NCBI GenBank assembly: GCA_963801935.1
Contig: CAWDHA010000035.1
Location: 8,852-72,851, forward strand
Length of the DNA stretch: 64,000 bases
Origin: an uncultured delta proteobacterium
GTDB lineage: Bacteria; Desulfobacterota; Binatia; UBA9968
Direction: 5' to 3'
Shown: positions 1 through 9,638 of the stretch, in pieces
How positions within the stretch are numbered: the first letter of the stretch is position 1
Layout of the letters: every line of letters starts with the position of its first letter
Notes under the pieces: generated by a model
What the model saw: only the letters and a program-made list of their open reading frames with translations
Databases searched by the model: none
Told to the model about the DNA's origin: nothing
Made by a program: the position numbers and the translations under genes

Positions 1-56
1 CAAATGCGCCGCAACTCGGATAACCTTGATGAAGGCGCTTAGCGCGCTCATGCGGA

Positions 57-71
57 GCAAGGACGGTGCCA
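57..71 (-). promoter_or_regulatory. candidate sigma54 (-24/-12) promoter firing leftwards out of the window
   Basis: The minus strand reads TGGCAC-CGTCC-TTGCT, an exact match to TGGCAC-N5-TTGCW. The target gene lies outside the window. Confidence 0.35.
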
Positions 72-87
72 CGGACTCTTGCAGAGC

Positions 88-252
88 GAAACGCGCATAG
101 CGCTAGGCGAAAAGCGCACGCGCCCAGATTTGCAGGCTGCTCAAAAAGATCCAGAGGCGAGGCGCGAGAAAGCGCATGGCGCAGAGAGCAAGGCGCATAG
201 CGTCAGGAGCTAAAACGCTTTGCGCTTAGCGCTTGGCGCTTTGCCAGACAGT
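88..252. repeat. GCGC-rich oligo-repeat hairpin element, copy 1 (family shared with 13226-13300)
   Basis: Runs of GCGCAT(A/G)GCG units are followed by the complementary CGCTTTGCGC units. It shares the exact 13-mer AGCGCATGGCGCA (171-183) and GGCGCATAG (192-200) with the copy at 13.2 kb. Confidence 0.6.
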
Positions 253-318
253 ACGTTGACGCGATATCGATCGAGCGCAACCAAGCCTATGGGTCTTTTT
301 CAGCAGCCTGCCAGCCTG

Positions 319-1176
319 TTAAAACTCGAAGGCAACATCGAGCTTGGCATCCGGCGACGCCAGATGAACACAAACGACCTCTCTGGCTTGGAAGGCGTAC
401 GGCTTGCAGATCGTCTCGTAGACTTCCGGCGGTTCTATGGAGAATTCTAAGCCATTCGTCGACAGCCGCGTGCAAGCGTTACCATTGGCAATGTTGACGA
501 ATTCTTTGCTGGCCTCGAGAGCCAGTTCGTCCGCTACGCTTACGGTTTCATCCAGCATCGTAGAAGCCATCTGCAACATTACCTTGGCAGGCACAGAAAG
601 CAGGCAGTTAAATTCGCCGGCGGCAGCACCGATCTTTTGTGAGAATAGCCAGCGAAACAACCGAACCTTCTCCTTGCCGACTTCGCACTGCTCGATTTTG
701 AGCTCCTGCTTGGCAAAGCGCGTAAACATAATCATCATCAAGTCTGTAAAGGTCTTGACGAGGTCTTTGTTGCGCACTTGATCGAATGCGGCAGCAAGTT
801 CGTAGGCAGCCTTTTTCTCGTCTTTATCGTATTGCTTGAACTCTTTTTCCAAGGTCTCAAGAGTTAAATAGCCCTTTGCCACGAGCACTTCCCCAAGCCA
901 GACGCGATGGCTTAGATCCTGCTGTCTGAGCAATTCATCGACTTGAGCTTGCGTGAGCAGGCCTGAACTAACCGCCAGCTCGCCGAAGCGATAGTTGGTT
1001 TTCTTTTGCAACTCGAGAACTCGTTCGATCTGCCCCGAAGTCAGCCAATTTCTTTCAAGCGCGAGAATTCCCAGCGGTGCTCTCAACGTTTTCTGACTAT
1101 CGAGTCCGGTGAAAAGCTGCTGCGAGGTAATCCTGCCGTTTTCCAAAAGATATTGGCCGAAGAATTTCGAGGTCAT
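319..1176 (-). CDS. MshEN-like (x2) / CheX-domain fusion protein, a putative c-di-GMP-responsive CheY-P phosphatase
   Basis: 285-aa ORF. The N-terminal half holds four tandem 24-residue units with the spacing xxGxxLLxxGxIxxxxLxxxLxxQ: FFGQYLLENGRITSQQLFTGLDSQ, PLGILALERNWLTSGQIERVLELQ, RFGELAVSSGLLTQAQVDELLRQQ and WLGEVLVAKGYLTLETLEKEFKQY. Spacers are 5-6 residues. The C-terminal half has a CheC/CheX-type ExxN motif (EASKEFVNIANGN). Confidence 0.6.
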   Translation of the reverse strand: MTSKFFGQYLLENGRITSQQLFTGLDSQKTLRAPLGILALERNWLTSGQIERVLELQKKTNYRFGELAVSSGLLTQAQVDELLRQQDLSHRVWLGEVLVAKGYLTLETLEKEFKQYDKDEKKAAYELAAAFDQVRNKDLVKTFTDLMMIMFTRFAKQELKIEQCEVGKEKVRLFRWLFSQKIGAAAGEFNCLLSVPAKVMLQMASTMLDETVSVADELALEASKEFVNIANGNACTRLSTNGLEFSIEPPEVYETICKPYAFQAREVVCVHLASPDAKLDVAFEF

Positions 1177-1293
1177 AGAGTCACCCCCGCTTGCTGGCAG
1201 ACGTTGTGCAGTATGGCTAACATTGGATTTTTGGCGAGCGGCTTCCGCAGAAAGCTCTCGTCACTTTTTTTCAAGCAAAGCGACGGCAAAGGG

Positions 1294-1309
1294 TGCAATA
1301 AGCCTGCCA
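1294..1309 (-). promoter_or_regulatory. candidate sigma54 promoter for the MshEN-CheX gene
   Basis: The minus strand reads TGGCAG-GCTTA-TTGCA (GG-N10-GC), about 118 nt upstream of the start at 1176. Confidence 0.45.
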
Positions 1310-1710
1310 TTCAAAGGCGGGCGCCGGCGGCAGCATGGAAGCTCCCTGACAACAGAGAATTTCTTGAATCAACGATAGCGGTTAAAATTTTACGGCAAGT
1401 TGGCCGCCAGAGGGGGGTCCAAATCGGCGGCGCATCGTTCAAATGCCGCGAAAGTCGCGCATCGGCCCGCCGCGCAACTGCAAAAACAAATGCGGAGTCA
1501 CTGTGAGCTGGACGAGAAATTTACAGCATCCTGCCATTTCTTTGACGACAGCCTCGCCGATTGAGACTGCCGCCATGCGGCATTTTAAAATACCGGCCAA
1601 GTTTTGCCGCCTGACAAATTCCATCTATTTATTCTAATAGGGGCCGCTAACTTATAATTTATGGCGTGCCATCTCATTCGCGATTTGGCTTCCCGCCAAG
1701 AGTTTAGCGC

Positions 1711-1726
1711 TGGCACGAGTTTGGCT
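1711..1726 (+). promoter_or_regulatory. candidate sigma54 promoter for the coiled-coil/KaiC-like/CBS operon
   Basis: CTGGCACGAGTTTGGCT matches YTGGCACGrNNNTTGCW at all positions but one, with GG-N10-GC spacing kept. It lies about 70 nt upstream of the TTG start at 1795, which is preceded by GGAG. Confidence 0.5.
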
Positions 1727-1794
1727 TTCTACAATCCGCGATTCCAGGGCAGCGCCCGTGCGCAAATGAAATTTCTCGAACAGGAGTCATCGGA

Positions 1795-4311
1795 TTGTTT
1801 GATCAAACAGACGACCTGGTAGCCAAGCGCGACGACCAGATGCTCGGCGAGAGCAGTGACAACTTGTTCGAACGTCTGGTAACCAGGGCTGAAGCCGACC
1901 TCAGAGTTGCCCAGGCGCTCGCCGCCCGCGAATCACAAAGGGCCGATCAGATCAAACGCTTGGAAACGACCTTGATCGGTCACATCAATAGGCTGCAGCA
2001 GCAAATCCTGGAGAGCCGCGAGGCAGAGCTCAAGAATCTTCGGTCCGAGATCTCGGTCTGTGCCGAGCGCATAACAGGGTTTGAAGGTACGCACAGTACG
2101 GCTGCCGTGAGAAAAGAAATGGCTGAGGAGTTGGGCGATTTGCGAGTGCGATTGACCGAGCGCCAATCTCAACTTGAAAACCGCCATTCGGGATTTGTCC
2201 AGCTGGGCGAATCTTTGAACGCTCATGTGCGCGCATTGGAAGATGAGTTACACGACGAGCTCGATGGCATCCGGACCGCCCAGGCTGAAATGGGCCAGTT
2301 CAAGTTGGCGACCCAGTCGTTGTCGGAGCGGGTTGCGCACGCCGAATCCTCGAGCTCGCGCGGGCGCGCACTGGCGTCTTACAATATCCAGCAACTCGAA
2401 CAGACCAGCAAGAGTCTGAGGAGTGAAATGAGCGCGCTCAACGCGCTGATTATCGAGCTCAATGACAAACAGGCCGAGCGCCGTTTGCCCGACACGTTAC
2501 TCCAGGAAGTGACGCATAATTTCGGCGCCAAGATTGAAGAATTTGAGCATTGGCTACAACAGGAACAACACATTCAACTGGGCCGCGATAGCCGTCTCGG
2601 TGAGCTCGATGCCGGGCTGGCGCTGCTCGCCGAGCGCGTGACAAAAACAGAGTCGCTGGCCCACGAAAGCCATGCGGCCGCTCTGGCCCAGTTAAATTCA
2701 GCGGCGGAGTTGCGCCAATCAACCGGCCGAGAACTAGCGGCTCTGGAAGCGAAACTCAACGACTTATCCTATCCGACGGCGGTCGATAAACTCGCCGAGT
2801 CGCTTGGTGCCCGGGCCGAGGAATGGCAATCCCAAGCAGAGCAAAAGTTCCTGCTGCTCGATAGCCGTGACCTCGAACGGGAAAGAAACGCCCGGGAACT
2901 CGCAGCGAATCTCGCCGCTAAACAGCTGGAACAAGAGGCGCGTACCGACGAAAAGCTCCAAGCCCTGACAAGGAATCATGAGGAACTGGCCGCTCTGCGC
3001 GCGGAAATCGAGCCACTCGCCGAGCGCATCGCCGTGAGCGAGTCTGCGGCACAGAGTGTTCGGGCGCAAACCGACTCGGCCGCCACGCAAACCGAACAAC
3101 TGGAAGATCGCCTAAAGAGCGCTCTGGCCGCGCTCAGCACCGAAGTCGCCCAACTTACCGAGCAACAGCAGGCTCTTAGTCTGGCGCAAGTTGAGCGGCG
3201 TGAGAACGGAACTAAACTCGCCATCGACTTGCTCGAAATACAGCGCCAAATGGCGCGCGAGCGCGATGCTTTCCAGCACTGGGGAAAGGGACTCAGCGAA
3301 TCTCTTGGCGCCGAGCTGAGCTCGACCGGGGCACAGCTTGGCGAGCGCCAAAGCGCGCTCGAAGATCGTTACGCAGGATTGGAACGTAGCCAGGAAACGT
3401 TCAAAGCAAACCTTGATGCGTTAGCAAGCCAACTTAAAGAGCAGCCCGCGCCAGAGCCCGAAGATCGTGAACTCTGGGACAAAATCCGCTCGGAATTGGC
3501 CGCACTCGGCGAGCGCATGAGCGGGCTCGAATCTCGAGTGCGCGAAGCAGATGACCGGGCTAATTTAATGAGCCGAGATACCGAGCACCAGGTCGGCGCA
3601 TTGCGCGGCGATTTGAGCGCGCTGGCAACATCATTTGATCAAAGGCCTCCCCCTTATGAATCGATCATTCACGGCATGGCGGACAAACTCGGTGCTAGAC
3701 TACAAGAACTTGAAGATCAGCTCACCAGGCAATTCAGCCTTTATGAGAAGCGCGACGGCGAACGAGACCAACGAACCGAACAGATGATCGCAACATTCAA
3801 GAGTGAAATCACCGCGCTTAGCGGCAAGCTTATGCAGCAACCGAGCGCCATCGCGCCCGACGATGCGGCGCTCAGCGCCGTAGCGGAGAGCCTGAGCGCG
3901 AAGATCGAAGAGCTGCGCCGGCAAACGGCAGAAAAATTCAACGCGCTCGCGAGCCGCGCCGCCGAAGCTCAAGCATTGACGGAAAGATCAGAGCCGGCGC
4001 GCGAGCGCCTGGCGCATTTAAGCGCCGCTCCCGAGTCATCCGGCGAGATCGCGATTTTCTCCGGTCAACCCGGCGCCGCGCCCGCCGACCTGAGCACGCG
4101 CCCGGTAGCAGCAGCGAAAGGAGCCGGCGACAGCGCCGCCGACGTTCACGGCCAGAGCGAGAAAGAACAGCTGATCAAGCTTGAGGAACGAATGTCCTCG
4201 GAAATCGAGCGCGTGCGGGCAGAGCTCAAGGCGCGGAGCGGTCGCTGGAAAGTCCGGCAAAGCGCAACCCTGAAGCGCTCCGGGCGTTTTTCCCTCGACC
4301 CGGAACTCTAG
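1795..4311 (+). CDS. 838-aa repeat-built coiled-coil protein, function unknown
   Basis: Long ORF with a TTG start and a GGAG RBS. It is E/L/A/Q/R-rich, with no hydrophobic segment. It contains at least 6 copies of a two-part module: xE(S/K)LGA+hEE (AEELGDLRVRL, THNFGAKIEEF, AESLGARAEEW, SESLGAELSS, ADKLGARLQEL, AESLSAKIEEL) followed by LxER+xxxES (LSERVAHAES, LAERVTKTES, LAERIAVSES, LGERMSGLES). Confidence 0.75.
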   Translation: MFDQTDDLVAKRDDQMLGESSDNLFERLVTRAEADLRVAQALAARESQRADQIKRLETTLIGHINRLQQQILESREAELKNLRSEISVCAERITGFEGTHSTAAVRKEMAEELGDLRVRLTERQSQLENRHSGFVQLGESLNAHVRALEDELHDELDGIRTAQAEMGQFKLATQSLSERVAHAESSSSRGRALASYNIQQLEQTSKSLRSEMSALNALIIELNDKQAERRLPDTLLQEVTHNFGAKIEEFEHWLQQEQHIQLGRDSRLGELDAGLALLAERVTKTESLAHESHAAALAQLNSAAELRQSTGRELAALEAKLNDLSYPTAVDKLAESLGARAEEWQSQAEQKFLLLDSRDLERERNARELAANLAAKQLEQEARTDEKLQALTRNHEELAALRAEIEPLAERIAVSESAAQSVRAQTDSAATQTEQLEDRLKSALAALSTEVAQLTEQQQALSLAQVERRENGTKLAIDLLEIQRQMARERDAFQHWGKGLSESLGAELSSTGAQLGERQSALEDRYAGLERSQETFKANLDALASQLKEQPAPEPEDRELWDKIRSELAALGERMSGLESRVREADDRANLMSRDTEHQVGALRGDLSALATSFDQRPPPYESIIHGMADKLGARLQELEDQLTRQFSLYEKRDGERDQRTEQMIATFKSEITALSGKLMQQPSAIAPDDAALSAVAESLSAKIEELRRQTAEKFNALASRAAEAQALTERSEPARERLAHLSAAPESSGEIAIFSGQPGAAPADLSTRPVAAAKGAGDSAADVHGQSEKEQLIKLEERMSSEIERVRAELKARSGRWKVRQSATLKRSGRFSLDPEL

Positions 4312-4314
4312 CAG

Positions 4315-5031
4315 ATGAACGAGACGCGCATACCCACTGGAATTCCCGAATTGGACGCTGTGCTCGGCGGCGGCTTTAGGCGCGGCAAAATTTATTTAGT
4401 CTTGGGCGAGCCCGGCACCGGCAAGACGATTTTCGCTCTGCAATTTCTCTATCAAGCGTTGCAGGACGGAGAAAAAGCGCTCTACGTTGCCATCGACGAA
4501 AAGCCCGCCGATTTAGTAGAACAGGCAAGCTCTCTAGGCTGGAACTTGACCCCGCATATCGAGCGCAAGAGTTTGTTGATCCTCGACGCCTCCGCTCTGA
4601 TCATAGCCCGGGTAAGCGATGTCAGCGCCAAAAACGACCTGCAAAAAACTATCGTCGAACTTAACAACCATATTATCAAAAGCGGTGCGACGCGCGTGGT
4701 GATCGATCCGGTGGGGCCGCTGCTATACGCCGCCGATTCGCCGTCCAAGGCGCAGGATCAGGCGCGCATGCTCATCGCTGCGCTGCAGAAGAACCCGGAA
4801 ACCACGACTCTGGTCACCTCCCAATCACTGGGGCGCAGCAGCCGGGGGATTGAGGAGTATCTGGTCGCGGGTACGATTGTTTTGGAACTAGAACTGGCCA
4901 GCAGCCGTTTCCTGCGCACCTTAACCGTTGAAAAAATGCGCAGCACGCCGCTCAATCCGGCGCAGTATCTGTTTACCATCATTGCCACAAAAGGCATCAC
5001 GATGCAGCTCAGTGGCGAGATTCTGGCATAG
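4315..5031 (+). CDS. single-domain KaiC/RadA/ArlH-like (COG0467-type) RecA-superfamily ATPase
   Basis: The N-terminus IPTGIPELDAVLGGGFRRGKIYLVLGEPGTGKTIFALQF carries a Walker A motif, and RVVIDPV is Walker B-like. The start lies 3 nt after the stop of the coiled-coil gene. Confidence 0.75.
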   Translation: MNETRIPTGIPELDAVLGGGFRRGKIYLVLGEPGTGKTIFALQFLYQALQDGEKALYVAIDEKPADLVEQASSLGWNLTPHIERKSLLILDASALIIARVSDVSAKNDLQKTIVELNNHIIKSGATRVVIDPVGPLLYAADSPSKAQDQARMLIAALQKNPETTTLVTSQSLGRSSRGIEEYLVAGTIVLELELASSRFLRTLTVEKMRSTPLNPAQYLFTIIATKGITMQLSGEILA

Positions 5032-5129
5032 CCGTCCTGACCGAAGGCTGCAAACGATGCTCCGATCTTAGGAACTTCGGTTTGCTGCCGATAGCAACAA
5101 GTAGAAAGCAATCATCGAAAGGGAAACTC

Positions 5130-5602
5130 ATGACAGAAGCGCAACCGGAACATTGTGGAGCTCAAAGGTCGGTGGCGAGTCTACCTGCCAATTTCGCTGA
5201 GGCGCCGCGCTCTGTGGCCGAGCTGATGACGATCGACGTCGTGACCTTGTACGCGCACAGCCTGTTCCGCGACGCGCTCGATCTGTTGGCGCGTAACCCG
5301 TTCCACCATCTGCTCGTCACAGAGATCGACGGCGGTCTGGCGGGGGTGATTTCCGATCGCGATGTGCTGCGCGCCGCCGACACCTATGATGCCGAGACCA
5401 CCCTGGTGGCGGACATTATGACTCCCGAGCCGATGACCCTCAGCGCCGATACACCGCTATCGGCTGCCATTACGATGACTCTCGACTATCACATCAATGC
5501 TTGCCGGTTGTCGATCATGCGGGGAGGGTGCGCGGTATTCTGACGACCACCGACTTGCTGAAGGCGTTCCAAGAGCTGCAACTAGCACTTGAACAACTTT
5601 AG
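5130..5602 (+). CDS. CBS-pair domain protein (apparent frameshift near 5500)
   Basis: CBS-like blocks are present (MTIDVVTL..., GVISDRDVL, IMTPEPMTLSADTPL). After HINA the frame changes: LPVVDHAGRVRGILTTTDLLKAFQELQLALEQL* reads in the +1 frame and ends at TAG 5600-5602. The track ORF is 5082..5543. The ATG at 5130 has an AAGGGAAA RBS. Confidence 0.65.
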
Positions 5603-5624
5603 ATGCCGTCTATTGACGACAGCA

Positions 5625-5657
5625 GACCGAAGACGGACGACCGATCGGTCTTCGGTC
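5625..5657. terminator. hairpin between convergent genes (candidate bidirectional terminator)
   Basis: GACCGAAGAC (5625-5634) and GTCTTCGGTC (5648-5657) form a perfect 10-bp stem between the CBS gene stop (5602) and the kinase stop (5664). No clear U-tract follows. Confidence 0.45.
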
Positions 5658-5663
5658 CGGTCA

Positions 5664-8600
5664 TCAGCCATCGGAACATGATAACCAACGCTGCAAGACT
5701 GCGTGTAGATCCTTTCGGCCGATCGGTTTCGTCACGTAATCGTCCATGCCAGCCGCCAGGCAGCGCTCGCGATCGCCTTGCATGGCGTTGGCGGTCATCG
5801 CGATGATCGGGATGCGGGTGCCGGATTTTTGCTCGCGCTTGCGCACTTCTTGGGTCGCTTGGAAACCGTCCATCTCAGGCATATCGCAGTCCATCAGAAT
5901 GACATCATAGGAAGTCCAAGCGATCGCTTCGAGTGCTTCGACGCCGTTGATCGCGACATCCAACGAATAGCCCAACTTCTCCAGCAGCAGGCTCGCCACC
6001 ATTTGATTGGCCATATTGTCTTCGACCACCAGCACGTGGCCGGCGCGATTATTTTCAGCCGCCGGCGCGGCGCCGGCCGGGTCTTCGCGGCTGGGCGCGG
6101 CCACGCGCTCGGCAGAGCGCCGCATCGCTATGGTAAACCAGAAAACGCTGCCTCTGCCCTCTGTGCTCTCGAGGTCGATCTTGCCACCCATCAGTTCTAT
6201 CATCCGTTTACAGATCGACAGACCCAGTCCCGTGCCACCGAAGCGTCGCGTCGTCGTCGCATCGCCCTGCGTGAACGGCTGAAAAAGTTGCGCTTTGGCA
6301 TCCGCCGATATGCCGATACCGCTGTCTCGGACGGTAAAACGCAGCGCCGATTCTTCACCTTTTTTTTCCTCAACCGCGACCTCGAGCGTGACTTCCCCTT
6401 TCTCGGTAAACTTCACCGCATTGCTCAAAAGATTCAATAAGATTTGTCTGAGCCGGCCGGCATCGCCGACAATGAAGTCCGGCACTTGGGCGGCGACGTT
6501 GAGAGCTATCAGCAGCTTTTTGTTGTGAATCTGAGGCGTCATGATATCGATGACGTCGCGCAGCAGCTCACTCAGTTTGAATTCCGTCGCTTCGATCTCC
6601 AGCTTGTTCGCCTCGATTTTGGAGAAATCCAGTATGTCATTGACAATCGTCAGCAGGCCGGCGCCGGATTGTTTGACCACCTCTACGAGCTTACGCTGAT
6701 GTTCCGATAGATCGTCGTCCAGCAAGGCCCGGGTCAAGCCGATAATACCGTTAAGCGGCGTGCGAATCTCATGGCTCATTGTCGCCAAAAACCGCGACTT
6801 TGCCTCTGCGGCAGCTTCTATTTCCCGGGCCTTTTCCAGGGCCGCATGCTGCTCGCGGATATCCTGGAAGAGTTGAGCATTGTTGATCACCATCGCAGCC
6901 TGCCCGGCGAGCAGGCCGACGAAGTCGGTCTCATCTTTGGTAAACTCCCGCCTGTGGCGCGCCGCGATCATAAGAGTGCCGAGGATGTTGCCCTTCATGA
7001 CGAGCGGCACAATCAGCAGCGATGCCAACTGATTGCGCCGGTAAAAGTCTCGATCAGCACAATCGGGATGGTTGGGCGCGTCGGCTATGATAACCAGTTC
7101 TTTCTTTTCCAGGGTTATGTCAGCGAACGAAGGCTTGCCATTCTCACACAAGGCCGTGAGCTCGCTCCAGGGGATACCCCGACTCACGGCGGGCTCCAGC
7201 CGCCCACTGGCTTTGTTTAACAAGCGAATCACCAGCGCGGTCGAGTAAGGCAAAGCTTGTTCGGTTTTTTCGGCGAGCAACTCCAGGACTTTTTGCAGTT
7301 CAAGGGTCGAGCTCAACGAAAGATTTATATCGTAGAGCGCCTCGATGCGGTTTAAGTTATTTTTCGTCTGCGAGAGCAAAAGCGCCTTCTGAATACCGAC
7401 GCCGATCTGCTGCGCGACGGTTTCCAAAAGCTCTATAATCGACTCGCCAATTTCGGTTTCGCTGCGGCTGGCGAGCTGCAGGAAGCCCAGGACATGCTCG
7501 CCGTCAACGATCGGCACGGACACCGAAGTCTCGGCCCCTTCGTGCTTTAAACTACGGAGCCTATCGCCCTCCTGAATATGGCTGTGGACCACGGTCTTAC
7601 GGCGCTCCATGACGTGAAGATGGCGCTCTTTACCGGCCCTGTCGCCGCGCGCTTTTCTTTCGAGGTTGCGCCCATCGTTATAGCCCCAGGAAGCGATCGG
7701 CGCTAGCCGGTCGGCGGCGGCGGTCGAAAGCAGGATCGTGCCCAGGTCAAATTTGCAGCGCTCGATGCAACAGCGCAAAATCTCGGTCAAGCAGCTTTCC
7801 GGATCCTCGGCGCTCAAGATCACCCGATTGACGTCTTGTAAGAAAATCAGGTTCGCCAAGCTAGCGCGCAGCGCGTCCTCGACCTGTTTGCGCGAGGTAA
7901 TGTCGATTTTGATTCCTCGCAAACCGATGTTAACGCCTTTATCGTTTTTGATAATGCGCACCATATCCCGCAGCCACAAAATCCGGCCGTCGGCGGCCCG
8001 GACTCGGTATTCGAGCGCATAATCGATGCCCAGTTCGGTCATTTTTCTGGATTCACGCAGCACCCGCGCCCGGTCCTCGGTGTGAATCATATTGCTCCAA
8101 AAATGCGGCTCGTTATACCAGCGGCGCAACGGATATCCGAGGATCGCTTCAGCGCCGTGGCTGACAAACGAAAATTTCCAGGAAAAGGCGTTGGTCTCCC
8201 AGATGATCGCCTCCAGAGACTCGACCAGCTCGCGCTGTCTTTGTTCCGCGAGGGCTCGATCCGCCTCCGCCGCCGCCCGCACCGTGAGCTCACGGCCGAG
8301 TTGGGCGTTGGCCGTTTCGAGCTGGCTGGTGCGCTGCGACACTTTGTCTTCAAGTTCCTTGTTGAGCAGCCGCACGCGCGCCTCGGCGAGCTGGGTCTCG
8401 CGCTGGCTATTCTGCAATGCCGCGGCCATCCGATTGATCTCTTGCCCCAGGGCGCCCAACTCATCGTAGCGGTTCTCTGCTACCCGCACGTTCAGGTCGC
8501 CGGCGCCAAGGCGGCGCGCCACATCCACGATATGAATGATCGGCCGGATAAAACTTCGCGCCAGAAGAAATGACAGCAAAGCGCCGGCGCTCAGAGAAAT

Positions 8601-9116
8601 CATGGTCATGTAAAGGATACCGCGCTGTCCGTCGCTGATGATCGCTTGAATGTGACTGAGAGAAAATCGGACATGCAAGTAGCCTATGGCCTTCTCGCCA
8701 CCCAAGCGGATGGGTCCGCCGACGTCCAGGTTGGCGCCGTGCATGGTACTAATCCACGCATCGCCTGCGGCAAGCATGGCGCGCTTGAACGAGACCCTTT
8801 GCGCGCTCGCGATTTCGCTGTCTCCCGGACCGCTAACCAGACTCTCGCCATGGGCGTCGCTGATGTTGATGTATTCGATATTCGGATTGCCGCGCGCGCT
8901 TTCCAGCGAGCGCTTGAGTTGCACCATGTCGAGAAAATAGATGGGATTGACCAGGGACTCGGCGAATAACTTGCCCGCTTGTAACGACTCTTTTGAAAAC
9001 TCGGCCTCCAAATACTGTTTTTGATGGTACACGGAATAGGCCGCGATGCTGCCGGCGACTAACAACGCCAGACTGAAAGTAAACAGCAGAAGTTTTAAGC
9101 GGATGCTGAATTTCAT
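5664..9116 (-). CDS. hybrid sensor histidine kinase (TM-sensor-TM, HAMP, PAS, 2x GAF, HisKA, HATPase_c, REC)
   Basis: 1150-aa ORF. H-box [15 protein letters not shown] boxes [10 protein letters not shown] and [12 protein letters not shown]-terminal receiver VLVVEDN...[12 protein letters not shown]...VTKPI. HAMP-like [10 protein letters not shown]...[12 protein letters not shown]. Confidence 0.9.
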   Translation of the reverse strand: MKFSIRLKLLLFTFSLALLVAGSIAAYSVYHQKQYLEAEFSKESLQAGKLFAESLVNPIYFLDMVQLKRSLESARGNPNIEYINISDAHGESLVSGPGDSEIASAQRVSFKRAMLAAGDAWISTMHGANLDVGGPIRLGGEKAIGYLHVRFSLSHIQAIISDGQRGILYMTMISLSAGALLSFLLARSFIRPIIHIVDVARRLGAGDLNVRVAENRYDELGALGQEINRMAAALQNSQRETQLAEARVRLLNKELEDKVSQRTSQLETANAQLGRELTVRAAAEADRALAEQRQRELVESLEAIIWETNAFSWKFSFVSHGAEAILGYPLRRWYNEPHFWSNMIHTEDRARVLRESRKMTELGIDYALEYRVRAADGRILWLRDMVRIIKNDKGVNIGLRGIKIDITSRKQVEDALRASLANLIFLQDVNRVILSAEDPESCLTEILRCCIERCKFDLGTILLSTAAADRLAPIASWGYNDGRNLERKARGDRAGKERHLHVMERRKTVVHSHIQEGDRLRSLKHEGAETSVSVPIVDGEHVLGFLQLASRSETEIGESIIELLETVAQQIGVGIQKALLLSQTKNNLNRIEALYDINLSLSSTLELQKVLELLAEKTEQALPYSTALVIRLLNKASGRLEPAVSRGIPWSELTALCENGKPSFADITLEKKELVIIADAPNHPDCADRDFYRRNQLASLLIVPLVMKGNILGTLMIAARHRREFTKDETDFVGLLAGQAAMVINNAQLFQDIREQHAALEKAREIEAAAEAKSRFLATMSHEIRTPLNGIIGLTRALLDDDLSEHQRKLVEVVKQSGAGLLTIVNDILDFSKIEANKLEIEATEFKLSELLRDVIDIMTPQIHNKKLLIALNVAAQVPDFIVGDAGRLRQILLNLLSNAVKFTEKGEVTLEVAVEEKKGEESALRFTVRDSGIGISADAKAQLFQPFTQGDATTTRRFGGTGLGLSICKRMIELMGGKIDLESTEGRGSVFWFTIAMRRSAERVAAPSREDPAGAAPAAENNRAGHVLVVEDNMANQMVASLLLEKLGYSLDVAINGVEALEAIAWTSYDVILMDCDMPEMDGFQATQEVRKREQKSGTRIPIIAMTANAMQGDRERCLAAGMDDYVTKPIGRKDLHAVLQRWLSCSDG

Positions 9117-9212
9117 AGGATTGATGGCGCCAACTTGAGCCGGCGCATCGACCGATTAGCCGGCGCGCTCGGCCCGCTGCCCGCAATAACAGGCGAGCTC
9201 CCGGGCTGCGCT

Positions 9213-9605
9213 TCAGCTTGGCTCGCCGTCCATCGAAAGAAGTTCGGCGACGGATTTGGCTCTCAGTTTTGCCAATACCGCGTTGACGGATTTGAAATCG
9301 TTTTCCAGTTGCCCCACCTGCTGGCCGAGCTCCATCATCCGTCCGGCGCGCGATTCGAGCTCGAGCTTTTTTGCCAGATTGGAAAACGCCGTGGCGCCCA
9401 GATTGGCGCTGCTTGACTTGAGGGTGTGGGCGGCGCGCGTGAAGTCAGCCTGGTTGCCGATCTCGAACGCCAGGCGGAGCGTCGCCAGGCAACGGCACGC
9501 TTCGGCGCAGTAGACATCGACCAGTCTTAAAAAAAAATCAGCGCCGCCTTCGCGTACCCAGTGCCGGGCTTTTTCCATGATTTCTTCTCGGCTCGCTTCA
9601 GACAC
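9213..9605 (-). CDS. Hpt (histidine phosphotransfer) domain protein
   Basis: 130-aa ORF with AAHTLKSSSANLGA, the phospho-accepting His context of Hpt domains. It lies directly upstream of the hybrid kinase. Confidence 0.8.
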   Translation of the reverse strand: MSEASREEIMEKARHWVREGGADFFLRLVDVYCAEACRCLATLRLAFEIGNQADFTRAAHTLKSSSANLGATAFSNLAKKLELESRAGRMMELGQQVGQLENDFKSVNAVLAKLRAKSVAELLSMDGEPS

Positions 9606-9638
9606 AGGGTGAACCTCCGGTCTTTTCTCCTACGCCGG

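Noticed and set aside
1006-1637. ORFs 1006..1506, 1109..1378, 1439..1624 and 1443..1637 in the divergent promoter region.
   Set aside because: They overlap the 5' end of the MshEN-CheX gene or lie in the region holding two divergent sigma54-type promoters. The products have low-complexity basic composition, and none has an RBS.
4315-5031. Interpreting the KaiC-like ATPase as part of a circadian KaiABC oscillator.
   Set aside because: It has only one RecA-like domain (238 aa), whereas KaiC has two. No kaiA- or kaiB-like ORF is nearby.
5603-5806. 67-aa ORF starting immediately after the CBS gene stop.
   Set aside because: It spans the terminator-like hairpin and runs antisense into the 3' end of the hybrid kinase. 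It has no RBS.
5778-6440. 220-aa plus-strand ORF. Many similar long ORFs exist (e.g. 8082..8573, 9561..10289, 14872..15750, 18472..19050, 18791..19630, 25749..26360, 36181..37011, 38897..39535, 48145..48840, 55426..56334, 59074..59691).
   Set aside because: All lie antisense to, or out of frame within, genes with strong family signatures. Their products are Arg/Ala/Gly/Pro-rich with no motifs. Such ORFs are the expected shadow ORFs of high-GC DNA.
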